The notes: generated by a model from the letters alone, not told the origin. A stretch of 64,000 bases of DNA from an uncultured Trueperaceae bacterium (GCA_963815215.1 CAWFFU010000011.1:416001-480000), one strand, 5' to 3'; positions 19,195-29,848 are shown, numbered from the stretch's first letter. Program-made: numbers and translations.

Positions 19195-20508
19195 ATGAAA
19201 CGTACAGTTTGGTTGGGATATTCGCTGCTCGTCGCGACCATCGCACTTGCGCTCGCGTCGGCATCCTTCGCACAGTCGGGCCCTCCGACGTGTGGCAGCA
19301 GTCCTGTCACACTGAACGCCTACTTCGAGACGGGATTCGATCTTCCGTTCAAGCTCTCCGACGAGTTCACGAAGCAGTTCCCGAACGTCAAGTGGGACAT
19401 CAAGCAGGATCAGTTCACGAACCTGATCAACGAGACGCCGCGCTTGCTTTCGGGCGACAACGCGCCTGATCTGATCCGTCTCCCTACCATGGTTTCCTTC
19501 GCCAAGGAGGGCCTGCTCAAGAACCTCGATCCGTACGCCAAGGCGTTCGGGTGGAACGATTGGCCGGTGCCGCAGCTCAACCAGAACCGGGTGGCGGCCG
19601 ACGGTACCCGTGGTTCCGGTTCGCTGTACGCCATGGGGCTGAACTACAGCCTGACAGGCGTCTTCTACAACAAGAAGCTGGCAGCTGAGATCGGGATGAC
19701 CCAGCCGCCCAAGACGATCGCAGAGTTCGACGCGCTCCTGGCGAAGGCGAAGGCCGCGGGTCTTCAACCGATCATGCAGTGGGGGAGCGCCAAGAGCGGC
19801 ATGGGGCTTGCGTTCCCGCTGCAGCAACTGATGGCGGCGTACGGACCGGTTGGCCCGATCAATAACTGGATCTTCCAGAAGCAGGGCGCCACCATCGACA
19901 CCCCGTCGAATCTGAATGCGGCCCAGCACCTCCAGATGTGGATCGACAAGGGGTACTTCCCGCCGGACATCAACGCTATCGAGTACACGGACTCCAATGC
20001 TCGCTTCACCAAGGGCGAAGGCGTGTTCACGTTCAACGGCGACTGGGAGAACGCTGATTACGATACGAACATGCCCGGGAACATCGGGTTCTTCCTCATG
20101 CCGCCGGCGCAAGAAGGAGGCAGCCCTGCAGCGATGTCTGCCCCCCTCACCTTCGGCATCGCCGCCAATGCGAAGCACGCCGACTGCGCCGCATTCTTCC
20201 TCAACTGGGTTGCGACCAATCCGATCGCGAGGCAGATCGATGTAACCGTCGGCGGGTCCAATCCTGGCGGACCTGCGGACGCCTCCACGCCTTCGGTTCC
20301 GGAAGGCGCCGTGACCGCTCAGACCCTCGCCGCAGGCAACGTTATCGGCAAGGCCGGCACGGCGATGGACTTCATCGCCAATGCGACGAGTGCGATCTTC
20401 GCTCAGGGCTGGACCCCGGAGCTCCAGAAGATGGTAGGCGGCAGACAGGACCCGGCCGGCCTTCTGAAGGCTGTTCAGGCCGAGTACGGGCGAGAGTTGA
20501 ACCCGTAG
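19195..20508 (+). CDS. Carbohydrate ABC (CUT1) substrate-binding protein
   Basis: Signal peptide ending SFA; APDLI, GVFYNKKL, FTFNGDW. Confidence 0.9.
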   Translation: MKRTVWLGYSLLVATIALALASASFAQSGPPTCGSSPVTLNAYFETGFDLPFKLSDEFTKQFPNVKWDIKQDQFTNLINETPRLLSGDNAPDLIRLPTMVSFAKEGLLKNLDPYAKAFGWNDWPVPQLNQNRVAADGTRGSGSLYAMGLNYSLTGVFYNKKLAAEIGMTQPPKTIAEFDALLAKAKAAGLQPIMQWGSAKSGMGLAFPLQQLMAAYGPVGPINNWIFQKQGATIDTPSNLNAAQHLQMWIDKGYFPPDINAIEYTDSNARFTKGEGVFTFNGDWENADYDTNMPGNIGFFLMPPAQEGGSPAAMSAPLTFGIAANAKHADCAAFFLNWVATNPIARQIDVTVGGSNPGGPADASTPSVPEGAVTAQTLAAGNVIGKAGTAMDFIANATSAIFAQGWTPELQKMVGGRQDPAGLLKAVQAEYGRELNP

Positions 20509-20549
20509 TCGATGACGTGCGGTCCGGCGTCGCACCCGGTACGACCTAG

Positions 20550-21500
20550 GTGAGCAAGACAACGAATTCCGGTATCGGCGACCCGACTTCCAGCCTCACG
20601 CGGCGGACCTCTCTTCGGAGCACGGTCCGCCGCCGTTGGGGTAAGAACGTCGGTTGGCTGTTCGTGGTTCCGGCCCTCTTGATGTACGCGACGTTCGTGC
20701 TTCTTCCGCTCGTGTTGAGCGTTCAGTACTCGTTCTTCCGGTGGAACGGCATCGGTGCCATGACGTGGGTAGGGCTCAAGAACTACGCGGACATCGTGAC
20801 GATCCCAGATCTGTTCGGCACCGTACTCAACGCGTTCAGGCTCATCGTCTTCTTCAGCATCATTCCGGTGAGCATCGGGCTCGTCGTTGCCGCCATCATG
20901 CAGCGAATGGCACGCGGGAGGTTCGGTTCAGTGGCCCGTACCGTCCTGTTCCTGCCGCAGGTCATCCCCCTGGTAGCAGCGGGAATCATCTGGGGCTGGT
21001 TGCTCTCCCGCACCGGCCTCATCAACGAGATCCTGAACGGAATCGGCCTGATTCATTTCACGCGGGCGTGGCTTGGCGATTTCGATTGGGCACTGCCTGC
21101 CGTCGGCTTCATCGGAACGTGGGTTCTCCTCGGACTGTGCACGGTCTTGCTTCTGACGGGGATGACCAAGATCGAGCCCGCCCTCTATGAGTCCGCGCGG
21201 ATCGACGGCGCGGGATGGTTCCGCGAGTTCTTCGGGATCACGGTTCCGCTCATGCGCCAAGAGATCGGCGTGTGCCTCACGGTTACGGTCATCGCCGCGC
21301 TCGCAACCTTCGATATCGTCTACGTGACGACGGGCGGCGGTCCCGGCCACTCGACCGCGGTTCCTGGGATACAGATTTACATTCTCGCGTTCACCGAGCG
21401 TCGTATCGGGTTGGCCTCCGCCTTGGCGGTCATGCTGATGCTCCTCGTGCTCATCGTTATCCTGCCTATCCAGCGTCTGACGAGGGACACCGGCCAGTGA
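20550..21500 (+). CDS. Carbohydrate ABC permease (MalF-like)
   Basis: WVGLKNY, EAA loop LYESARIDGA, TTGGGPG. Confidence 0.92.
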   Translation: MSKTTNSGIGDPTSSLTRRTSLRSTVRRRWGKNVGWLFVVPALLMYATFVLLPLVLSVQYSFFRWNGIGAMTWVGLKNYADIVTIPDLFGTVLNAFRLIVFFSIIPVSIGLVVAAIMQRMARGRFGSVARTVLFLPQVIPLVAAGIIWGWLLSRTGLINEILNGIGLIHFTRAWLGDFDWALPAVGFIGTWVLLGLCTVLLLTGMTKIEPALYESARIDGAGWFREFFGITVPLMRQEIGVCLTVTVIAALATFDIVYVTTGGGPGHSTAVPGIQIYILAFTERRIGLASALAVMLMLLVLIVILPIQRLTRDTGQ

Positions 21501-22321
21501 AGGTCGGAACGGGCGAGCTCATCGCGGGTCGGGCGGTCCTCGTTCTGTTGATGGCGGTCACTGTCCTGCCCTTCATCAGTATCTTCACGACGGCGCTCTA
21601 CCCGTCAGGCACAGTGCCCGCTGGTCTCGGGTGGCCCGCCCATCCTCACTGGGAGAACTTCGTGAAGGCGTTCGAGGTCGCGAACATGACGGCCTTGCTC
21701 GCCTCGAGCTCGTTCATCGTCGTCGCCGTGGTCCCGGTCGCCCTGACGCTCGCTACGATGGCCGGGTTCGCGATCGGACTTCTGAGGATCTCCGGTTCCC
21801 GACTACTTCTGTTCCTCTTCGTATTCGGGTTGACGCTGCCGTTCGAAGGCATCATCGTCCCGCTGTACTACCTTGAGCGCTTCATCGGTGTCTACAACAC
21901 GCGACTCGCCATCGTTCTTCCCCTGATCGCACTCTATATGCCCTTCGGAGTCTATTGGATGCGTGCTCACTTCGTCGGGATGTCGAACGAGCTCACGGAA
22001 GCCGCACGTTTGGACGGCGCGGACACGTGGGCACTCTTCTGGCGGATCCACTTGCCACTCGCACGGGCCCCGATCGCGTCGCTCGGCATTCTGATGTCGG
22101 TATGGACCTGGAACCAGTTCCTGCTCGCGCTCGTCCTGGTCGAGGATCCGACCAAGCGCACGATGGCAGGCGCGCTCGGCGCGTTCCAGGGCCACTACGC
22201 AACCAACGTCCCCCTGTTGTGTGCGGGCACGGTCCTCATCCTCGTGCCGACGCTTGTCATCTTCATCCTGTTCCAGCGCCAGATCATCACTGCGCTCATG
22301 CAGGGATCCGTGAAGGGGTGA
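21497..22321 (+). CDS. Carbohydrate ABC permease (MalG-like)
   Basis: GTG overlapping the upstream TGA; WENF, ELTEAARLDGA, WNQFL, GSVKG end. Confidence 0.92.
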   Translation: MKVGTGELIAGRAVLVLLMAVTVLPFISIFTTALYPSGTVPAGLGWPAHPHWENFVKAFEVANMTALLASSSFIVVAVVPVALTLATMAGFAIGLLRISGSRLLLFLFVFGLTLPFEGIIVPLYYLERFIGVYNTRLAIVLPLIALYMPFGVYWMRAHFVGMSNELTEAARLDGADTWALFWRIHLPLARAPIASLGILMSVWTWNQFLLALVLVEDPTKRTMAGALGAFQGHYATNVPLLCAGTVLILVPTLVIFILFQRQIITALMQGSVKG

Positions 22322-22425
22322 GCGGGCTGCTCGACGTCAGCACCGCTCGCCTAGGATCCAGACCCTCAAGATCCGCTGCTCGAAGTCGAACCTAGGCCGG
22401 GCCTCAGTAGAGCCGGAGTCGTGCC

Positions 22426-23253
22426 GTGAGCAAAGAACTCGACAATTCACTCAGGTACATCCACCCCCGTCGACTCTGCTCGGCCCTACCGGGTGTCGAG
22501 AAGATGGCCGCCGAGAACCCAGCCGCCCTCTACGGTGTCGAGGAGGCAACCTTCCTGTCAGCACGCGAACGCCTCCGTACCCACCAGTCGCAAGCCGTCC
22601 GCCAGCTGATCAAGACTCCGGAGTTCGAGGCGTTCAGCAGACGGCCGCGACTCGACCGCGGCGACGTCGTCCTCGCGATCGGTGACAGCCTCACAGACGA
22701 CAGCCTTTCTTGGATTGAACTCATCCGCGGATCGATCCTCGAGGCGAAAGGCCCGTCCTACGCAAGCGTGATCAACGTTGGCGTGTCTGGATTCACGACG
22801 AGCGACGTGCTGAGCAACCTCATACCCCACCTCAAGGCATACCCCAACTGGGTCATCTTCATGATCGGTACCAACGATGCCCGCCGTCACGGTTGGAACC
22901 GATCACACCCGTTACACGGTGCCTCCCAAACCCAACAGAACCTCGCGGCAATCGTTGCTCTCACATCCGAGAAGACTACGGCCGAGCAATTGTGGCTCAC
23001 CCCCCCACCGGTCCTGGAGGGCCAGCAACACGACCACTGGCTACTGCGCGACCAAGAGATCTGGTACTCGAACCAGGACCTCGGCGTCATCGCCTCGCTC
23101 GTGAAGCGGCAGCCCGCGGCCACGATCGATCTCTGGCCTGACTTCACAGGACAACGGCGAGGAGTCTTGTACTCGGAAGATGGGGTGCACCTCACGGCAG
23201 AGGGGCAGATCGTCGTGGCGCGTCGCGTCCTTGCACACCTCACGAGTCCGTAG
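22426..23253 (+). CDS. SGNH/GDSL hydrolase
   Basis: GDSLTD, NVGVSG, GTND and DGVH blocks. Confidence 0.88.
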   Translation: MSKELDNSLRYIHPRRLCSALPGVEKMAAENPAALYGVEEATFLSARERLRTHQSQAVRQLIKTPEFEAFSRRPRLDRGDVVLAIGDSLTDDSLSWIELIRGSILEAKGPSYASVINVGVSGFTTSDVLSNLIPHLKAYPNWVIFMIGTNDARRHGWNRSHPLHGASQTQQNLAAIVALTSEKTTAEQLWLTPPPVLEGQQHDHWLLRDQEIWYSNQDLGVIASLVKRQPAATIDLWPDFTGQRRGVLYSEDGVHLTAEGQIVVARRVLAHLTSP

Positions 23254-23551
23254 GCGAGAAGAACGATCCTATGGCACGTGACTTTGGGCGGGAGAGCGGT
23301 GACGGTGCGCCAGGGCATGGCGCCGGTTGTCAAGGTCGCTCGGCCGCAACGGCCGTGGAGCCTGATAGCCGATCAGTGTCGGTACACGGGACCCGCACGC
23401 GTTGGCGTGACCCCGGAATCGAGGTTCCCGCGAACGTCCGGCAGGGTACCGGCGGCGAGCAGTGGAACGGCATCGAGCGAATCCTCTCCGACGCGGCCGG
23501 GGTTCGGGCCAGTGGACACCGTTCGGTGGCCACGTCCTCGCGGCACGCTCG

Positions 23552-23991
23552 TCACGAAGGCAGCGGCATCTCCATGACGGGAAGGAGTCGGGCGTCCTCG
23601 ATCGCGGCGGTGCGGTGACCGAGACCGGCGAGATAACCCTCGTGGCTCTCGAAGGCGAGGAACGACGCCACGCTGTTCTGCCGGACCAACATCACGAGGT
23701 CCCAGGTCTCCTGTTCGGGACCGATCAGGAACGGCCCACCGGAACCGAGGAACGCGAGATCCCCGCCGCTCTCACGGAGGAACGGGAGCGTGTGACGTAT
23801 GTAGCAGTCGAAGGCTTCGGCGCCGCTGATGGGCGTCTCGGGACCAGTTCCGGGTGGGCGGCGTAGTCGCCCACATCCCGGAAGCGCAGCAGGTTCAGCA
23901 TGACGACGCTGCCCTCGAGGCCGCGCAGTACGAAGGCCCTGCCGGCAGCTTGCGACGGTCCGAGATAGCGGATGGGGTCGGTTGCGCTCAT
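23552..23991 (-). pseudogene. DUF1330-like protein split by a 1-nt frameshift near 23840 (possibly a sequencing error)
   Basis: First frame VVMLNLLRFRDVGDYAAHPEL; second frame ETPISGAEAFDCYIRHTLPFL...FLIGPEQETWDLVMLVRQ...GHRTAAIEDARLLP*. Confidence 0.8.
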
Positions 23992-24362
23992 GGCGGCACT
24001 CCTCGGCTCGCGCGATCGGGCTCGGCCCGGATTGGCACGGGCGGATGCCCTGAGGGGTTCAACGCCGCGGTCCACCACATGCCTCGACGCACGCCTCCAC
24101 CGTGGAGCGGCGATGATCGAACGGGGGCTCGCCCCCTCGTACGCCCTCCGATGCCGATCGAGATGCTCATGCGCGCCGGCCCGGTCGCCACCACGTTGCC
24201 CCTGCAGCCCGTGCTGACGGACATCGCTGCACGAACCGACACCAGCCAGCGACGTGAAACCGGGGCCGCATCGACGGCGCTCGACCGCTACGCTCGCTCC
24301 ATCGCAACCTGAGGCGCAGGGACGGTCCCATTGGCGTCGTCGTGTTGCGAAAGGACGAGTCC

Positions 24363-26120
24363 ATGAAGAAGGGGTCCCGTTCGTCCACATCTGCGCGCCG
24401 ACGACAACGTTCCATGCGCGCGGGGACCGGGGGCGCATTGTTCGCCCTCAGCGTTCTGTTGGCGGGCTGCGGTGGAGGCGCCCCCGACAACGTCGACGCG
24501 TTCGTACGGGGGTTGCCGTCCTGGTCGAGCGTCTCACCGTTGGCACCGGAGAACGACGGCGTGCCCACGACCGATCCGCCCTCAACGGACTGGGCTCGCT
24601 GCTTCCCAAGGTGGTCGACAAGAGTCGACGCGGCCCCATCAGCATCTCGATCGCCGGAGGCGGCGTCCTCGGGATCCCGGGCCGCGTGAGCGACACCATC
24701 GACCAGCCCGCGCCCAGCACCGTCCGGGAGGCCATCAACCAGCTCGTCGTCAACGCCATCCAGTCCAACGTGGCCGTGGGTGCGGGCATCAGCAGCTTCA
24801 CGTCGACCGAGAGCTTCAGCGGCACGCAGACGGCGATCTCCGTAGACTCTGTCGGGGCGCTACCTCGGTGCCACGCTCGACACCAACCTCGATTACAGCG
24901 CCAGCGCCAGTCAACACACGTACACCGCGTACTTCATCCAGCGCCTGTTCACGGTGGCCATGGACCCGCCACAGAACCCGTCGGACATGTTCGCACCCGA
25001 TGTGAGCCCGACCGAGCTCGAGCAACTCGGCGTGAGCGCGTCGAACCTGCCCCTCTACGTCGCGTCGGTCAGCTACGGTCGCGTCCTGATGTTCTCGCTC
25101 AAGTCCACCGTCAGCAAGCAACGCATCCAGGCGGCGCTCGACTTCGCCTACGACGGCGTGGTGGCGAGCGGAAGCGCGTACACCGACGTCGAGCTGCGGC
25201 AGACGCTGAGCCAGTCCCAGATCAAGGTGGTGGCCATCGGCGGCCCCAACACCGGCGTGGAGAACCTCATCAAGGACGCCAACCTCAAGTCGTACTTCGA
25301 GTCCAGCCTGCAGATCGACCAGGTCGAGCCGATCTCCCTCGTGCTCAAGAACCTGGCGGACAAGACCGTCGCCAAGGTGGTCAACACGACCGAGTACGAC
25401 CAGCGTGAGTGCGCGCCCGCCGTGGCCCTGCCGACCCCGGACTTCTGGTGGCGCGGCGAAGGCAACAGCGATCTGCAGCCCAATGCACTCGGGATCACGA
25501 ATTCGTTCGAGAACAACCTCACTTTCGGGGCGGGCCGGTTCGGGCAGGCGTTCTCCCTCAACGGCATCGATGCCTACGTGGCGAGCTACCTGACGCCGGA
25601 CCCCAACTCCGAGTACCTGCTCGGCACCACCGGGGCGTTCACCGTGTCCGCCTGGGTGAACCCGCGCATGACCTCGGGCTACGGCACCATCGTGGCCGAG
25701 ATCGGTCCCTCCGCGCGCGCAGGAAACTTCTCACTGGGTGTGTGGAACACGGGCGCCGTCTCCTTCCATCGCCGGCCGCTCGACAGCACCGGCGTCGACG
25801 GCGTCACGACCGCCGGAAGTGCGGCTCCCGCCAACCAGTGGAGCCTGGTCACCGCGGTCTACGGCGGCGCGCAGCCCGGACAGCCCGACCTCCGCATCTA
25901 CGTCAACGGCGTGTACAAGAGCGGCGCCATCTACACGGGCACCATCCCGACCACGTACAGCGACGGGCGCACGCGCGTCGGCACCCGCGGCTACAACGCC
26001 AGCGTCGTCCACTACAACCCCTACGAGGGCTACATCGACGAGGTCATGCTGTTCGGCCGGGCCTTGGGTGAGGACGAGATCCTCTCGATGTACGCCAACT
26101 TCGACAAGATGATCCCCTGA
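24363..26120 (+). pseudogene. Thiol-activated cytolysin family (CDC-like) lipoprotein with C-terminal LamG domain, two frame breaks
   Basis: Lipobox LLAGC; core motifs YFIQRLFTV, LPLYVASVSYGR, IGG, PISL; LamG motifs GRFGQAFSLNG, FTVSAWVNP, IYVNG, GYIDEV; frame changes near 24583 and 24846. Confidence 0.8.
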
Positions 26121-26141
26121 GGACGAGTGCCCGGTCCTCGT

Positions 26142-26179
26142 CGGGTCCGCCCGCGCCTTCCGAGGCGCGGGCGGACCCG
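26142..26179 (+). terminator. Strong stem-loop downstream of the cytolysin-like gene
   Basis: Perfect 17-bp arms CGGGTCCGCCCGCGCCT / AGGCGCGGGCGGACCCG, 4-nt loop. Confidence 0.7.
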
Positions 26180-26483
26180 CTTCGGACGTTCGCCGGAATC
26201 GGAGGGGCAAGCTAGGCGAGCAAGCGGACGAGGGGCTGGGCGTAGCGAGCGGACGCCTTGTTGCCCGATGCTTGCCCGATGGTTGACCGCCGGACTCGTC
26301 CTACCCGATGGATCGCTCGCGGCCGCGGGACCGCCTCGAAGGCCTCAGGCAGCCGCGACGGACAGCGTCCGGATCATCGGTCTTGTCATGCCTTGTCGCC
26401 AGCGGGACAAAACACACTGGTGCCGGAGCGCGGGTCTCACGACGATGTCGTGGAGCTTCGAGGGTGACGTGAGAGGGGTGCGT

Positions 26484-27386
26484 ATGCGATCGGGCGGAGT
26501 TCTCTCGCCAAGTCCTGTGGGGGTGCGCGGTTGGCGGGGCGTTGCGCGCCGTGCGCCGCTGACGGCGTTCTTCGGTCTAGCCTTCGGTCTGACCTGGGTC
26601 TATCACCTGGTGGTGTTGGGCCTCCTGCATGCGGCCGTGGTCCCCTGGGCCATCCCCGGCACGTTCGGGCCTGCGGTTGCGGGCTTCCTCATGGTGTGGG
26701 CCGTCGACGGCCGCGAAGGCGTCCGCGATCTCCGGCGGAGACTGCGGATGCACAACGTCGGTTGGCGCTGGTACCTGCTCGGCGGCGTGGGCCTCCCGGT
26801 GCTGGTGGTGGCCTGCGGGCTCTTCCTGCCCGGGGGGCTGGACGCCTTCGCGAAGCCGGCGGGGGTCATCGCCGTGACCTATATCGTCCAACTCGTGGTG
26901 ATCTTCTTCGGCGGTGGCGGTCTCAACGAAGAGCCGGGCTGGCGCGGGTTCGCGCTGCCGCGATTGCAGCGGATCGCCGGGCCACTCAAGGGATCGCTCG
27001 TCCTGGGGGTGCTCTGGGGGATCTGGCACGTGTCCCTGTACGTGTACACGCCGAACTACAACGGTGAAGGCTCGACCTTCGCGAGCGCAGCGCCCATGTT
27101 CCTGGCGTTCCTCGTGTGCACGACGGCCCTCTCCGTACTGTTCACGTGGCTCTACAACAGCACGGGCGGGAGCGTCTTCTACACGGCCTTCGCTCACGCC
27201 TCGTTCAACGCGGGGTCGATGTGGGCCCCCGCGACGAGCCGCTACATGCTCATCGTCTTCGCCATGACGGTCGTAATCGCGCTCGCGGTCCTCGCGGGGA
27301 CGCGCGGCCGGCTGGGTTGGGGAGCGAACGTCGGTGCCGCGCGCGCTGACGCGGCCGGCGCCGGAAACGTGCGCACCGCGGCCTAG
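26484..27386 (+). CDS. CPBP (CAAX/Abi) intramembrane metalloprotease
   Basis: EEPGWRG, WGIWH, HASFN motifs; many TM helices; start chosen after GAGAGGGG. Confidence 0.9.
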   Translation: MRSGGVLSPSPVGVRGWRGVARRAPLTAFFGLAFGLTWVYHLVVLGLLHAAVVPWAIPGTFGPAVAGFLMVWAVDGREGVRDLRRRLRMHNVGWRWYLLGGVGLPVLVVACGLFLPGGLDAFAKPAGVIAVTYIVQLVVIFFGGGGLNEEPGWRGFALPRLQRIAGPLKGSLVLGVLWGIWHVSLYVYTPNYNGEGSTFASAAPMFLAFLVCTTALSVLFTWLYNSTGGSVFYTAFAHASFNAGSMWAPATSRYMLIVFAMTVVIALAVLAGTRGRLGWGANVGAARADAAGAGNVRTAA

Positions 27387-27621
27387 CGCGGTGATGATCG
27401 GCCGGACCACGGTCATGCTCTCGCTGCACTACGGCCTGCTCGCGTTCTTCGGCGTCCGGTCGACCTCACCCGCAGGGAGCGCGACGAGGTCGCGCGCGAC
27501 GAACGCGACTGCGAGGTGGCGATGAGCGCGCCGTTCGCTGCCTTCTCGGCGACGTTCGGACGCGCTCTCGAGGCGGTACAACCGGGCAACGGCCGCTCGC
27601 GGCCGGGGAGGAAGGTTTCCC

Positions 27622-27954
27622 ATGATCACCGTTGCCAATCGCATCCAGGTCGCACCAGAGAACGCCGAGGCGTTCGAGCGCGCATTCCGTCAACGGGCGG
27701 GGCACGTCGACGAGACGCCGGGCTTCATCCGTAACCAGGTCCTGCGGCCGACCCGGGAGGGCGACCCCTACGTTGTGCTCACGACCTGGGAGAGCCGCCA
27801 GGCGTTCGAGGCGTGGACCCGTTCGGAGTCGTTCAAGAAGGCGCATGCCAACGCCGGGGCCACGCCCACGGGGACGAGCCGGCTGGAGGTCCATCAGATC
27901 ATCCAGGACAGCAACGTGCCCGATCTCGAGGTCGAGCCGGTTCCGACGGCGTAG
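27622..27954 (+). CDS. Antibiotic biosynthesis monooxygenase (IsdG/HmoA-like)
   Basis: MITVANRI, FERAF, PGF, YVVLTTWES, AWTRSESFKKAH. Confidence 0.85.
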   Translation: MITVANRIQVAPENAEAFERAFRQRAGHVDETPGFIRNQVLRPTREGDPYVVLTTWESRQAFEAWTRSESFKKAHANAGATPTGTSRLEVHQIIQDSNVPDLEVEPVPTA

Positions 27955-27984
27955 ACCGTCGGCCGGCCGCTGCGGGTCCGGTCC

Positions 27985-28959
27985 CTAGGCGCCCGGCGGA
28001 CCGCCGACGGCCAGCAGGCGGCGTTCGTCGTCGGGCTCGAGGCCCACCTGGGCGTTGCCATGCTCGTCATGCCAGGCGAGCGTGTCCCGAGCCGTGTCGG
28101 CGAGCGGCGTGAACCTCAGACCCAGGGCCACCGCGCTTCCCGTGGCGTAGGGCTCGCCACCGCGGAAGGGGAAGGGCGTCACCATCGGAAGGCCGCTCCG
28201 CGGCAGGCCCAGGGCATCGAGGCGCTCGAGGGGAACCCACGCCGGGCGGGCGTCGCTGTGCGTCACTTCGGCCACCTCCCGAAGCACCGCTCCCCAGGTC
28301 GTCGGCTGCGCCGGCCCGGACACGTTCACGGCGCCCACGCTGTCACCTTCCGCCTGGTCGATGGTGAAGCGCGCCAGATCGCGTACGTCGACGAAGGCCA
28401 GGGGGAGCGCGGGGTCGATGGGCGCCGCGAAGGCGCCGCCGCGGCGCACGCGCCGCAACCAGTACGTGAAACGGTCCGTCGGGTCGCCCGGTCCCACCAC
28501 GTAGGTGGGGCGGATGGCGAGGCTGTGGTCCGTGAAGGCCGCTTCCGCCTCCCGCTCGCACAGCACCTTGAGACCGCCGTAGCTGTCGGCGTCGATGGTC
28601 TCGGTGGTCGGGTCGTCGAGCGTACGCAGGGGCGAGCCGACGTCCCGACCCGGCGCGTCGACACTCGCGTAGACCGAGCAGCTCGAGATGAACAGGTAGC
28701 GCTCGGCGCGCTCACGCAACTTGCTCGCGGCGGCTCGCACCTGCCGCGGCAGGTAACCGCTCACGTCGATGACGACGTCCCAGCGCCCCGCATCCAACGC
28801 CGACAGGTCGCCGTCGCGGTCGCCCAGCAGCGTCGTGGCGCCCTCCGGCGTGGCGCTGCGGCCGCGGTGGAAAGTGTCGACCCGGTGACCGCGCGCCAGC
28901 GCATCGAGCACCATGTGGAGGCCCACGAAACGTGTGCCACCGAGAATCAGGATGCGCAT
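27985..28959 (-). CDS. NAD-dependent epimerase/reductase (isoflavone reductase-like)
   Basis: MRILILGGTRFVG, YGGLK, RPTYVVGPGDPTDRFTYW. Confidence 0.9.
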   Translation of the reverse strand: MRILILGGTRFVGLHMVLDALARGHRVDTFHRGRSATPEGATTLLGDRDGDLSALDAGRWDVVIDVSGYLPRQVRAAASKLRERAERYLFISSCSVYASVDAPGRDVGSPLRTLDDPTTETIDADSYGGLKVLCEREAEAAFTDHSLAIRPTYVVGPGDPTDRFTYWLRRVRRGGAFAAPIDPALPLAFVDVRDLARFTIDQAEGDSVGAVNVSGPAQPTTWGAVLREVAEVTHSDARPAWVPLERLDALGLPRSGLPMVTPFPFRGGEPYATGSAVALGLRFTPLADTARDTLAWHDEHGNAQVGLEPDDERRLLAVGGPPGA

Positions 28960-29257
28960 GCAGACCTCTCCCCGGCCCGGCCCCGGCGGGGCGGGCGCTC
29001 CTACGAGATGCTGCATCACACCACGGGCGGCAACGACTTGCGGTCGGGCCCGACGAAGCGCCGACGGGCCGGCCACCACCTCGGCGATCGTCCACATCCC
29101 GACGACCTCCGCGCAGAGCGTTCGGGAGCGTGGCAGGCCTCCCGAGGACGCCATGCGGTCGAACTCGTCGACGCCGAAACCGACACGGTGGGGGCCCGCA
29201 CCCTCCGACCGTCACCCGCAGGACGCGCCCCGGGCCACGGCGCCCTTAACCTGAGAC

Positions 29258-29671
29258 GTGGGCGACGACGTTCCTACCCCAGAGGTCGACCTCGACGATG
29301 CGGCCGTCAAGGACCGCATCTCCCCTCAGGCCTACCGAGTGCTCCGCCATGAGGCCACCGAGCGTCCCGGCTCGAGCGCGCTCAACCACGAGTGGCGGCC
29401 GGGCACCTACGTGTGCGCCGCCTGCGGGCATCCCCTGTTCCGGGGCGACGTCAAGTTCGACGCCCATTGCGGCTGGCCGTCGTTCTCGGAAGCGCTCCCG
29501 GGAGCGTTCGAGACGAAGACCGACCACCACATCGGCTATCCGCGTACCGAGTACCACTGTGCTCGCTGCGGCGGGCATCACGGACACGTCTTCGACGACG
29601 GACCGGAACCCACCGGGCTGCGGTACTGCAGCAACGGTGTGGCCCTGAGATTCGTGCCCGACGCGGGTTGA
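29258..29671 (+). CDS. msrB: Peptide-methionine (R)-S-oxide reductase
   Basis: ATERP, CAAC, GWPSF, CARC, GHVFDDGP, RYCSN. Confidence 0.95.
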   Translation: MGDDVPTPEVDLDDAAVKDRISPQAYRVLRHEATERPGSSALNHEWRPGTYVCAACGHPLFRGDVKFDAHCGWPSFSEALPGAFETKTDHHIGYPRTEYHCARCGGHHGHVFDDGPEPTGLRYCSNGVALRFVPDAG

Positions 29672-29828
29672 TCGGAATGCCGCCGGCTCGCCAGGGCATC
29701 TGCGCGTCCGAGCGGCACCAGACCCCACCTACAACGGTGTAGCGAGCGGTAGCTCGTACATGGGCATCGGGCTGCGGGACTGGCTGAGCCAGCCCTGGCA
29801 GCCTTGACCCGACAGTCCTGGAGTCGTA

Positions 29829-29848
29829 TTGTCATGACAACATGACAA
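29829..29848. promoter_or_regulatory. Putative GntR/HutC operator
   Basis: Perfect palindrome TTGTCATGACAA (29829-29840) plus a repeated CATGACAA, directly upstream of the GntR gene. Confidence 0.7.

Noticed and set aside
24575..24850. Cytolysin frame breaks as GGWCC-type artefacts or programmed frameshifts
   Set aside because: Neither break lies on GGWCC or a slippery run, and the first seems to remove coding sequence, so real decay is more likely.
27391..27525. Short hydrophobic ORF after the CPBP gene
   Set aside because: No SD or recognisable family; may be a remnant but cannot be supported.
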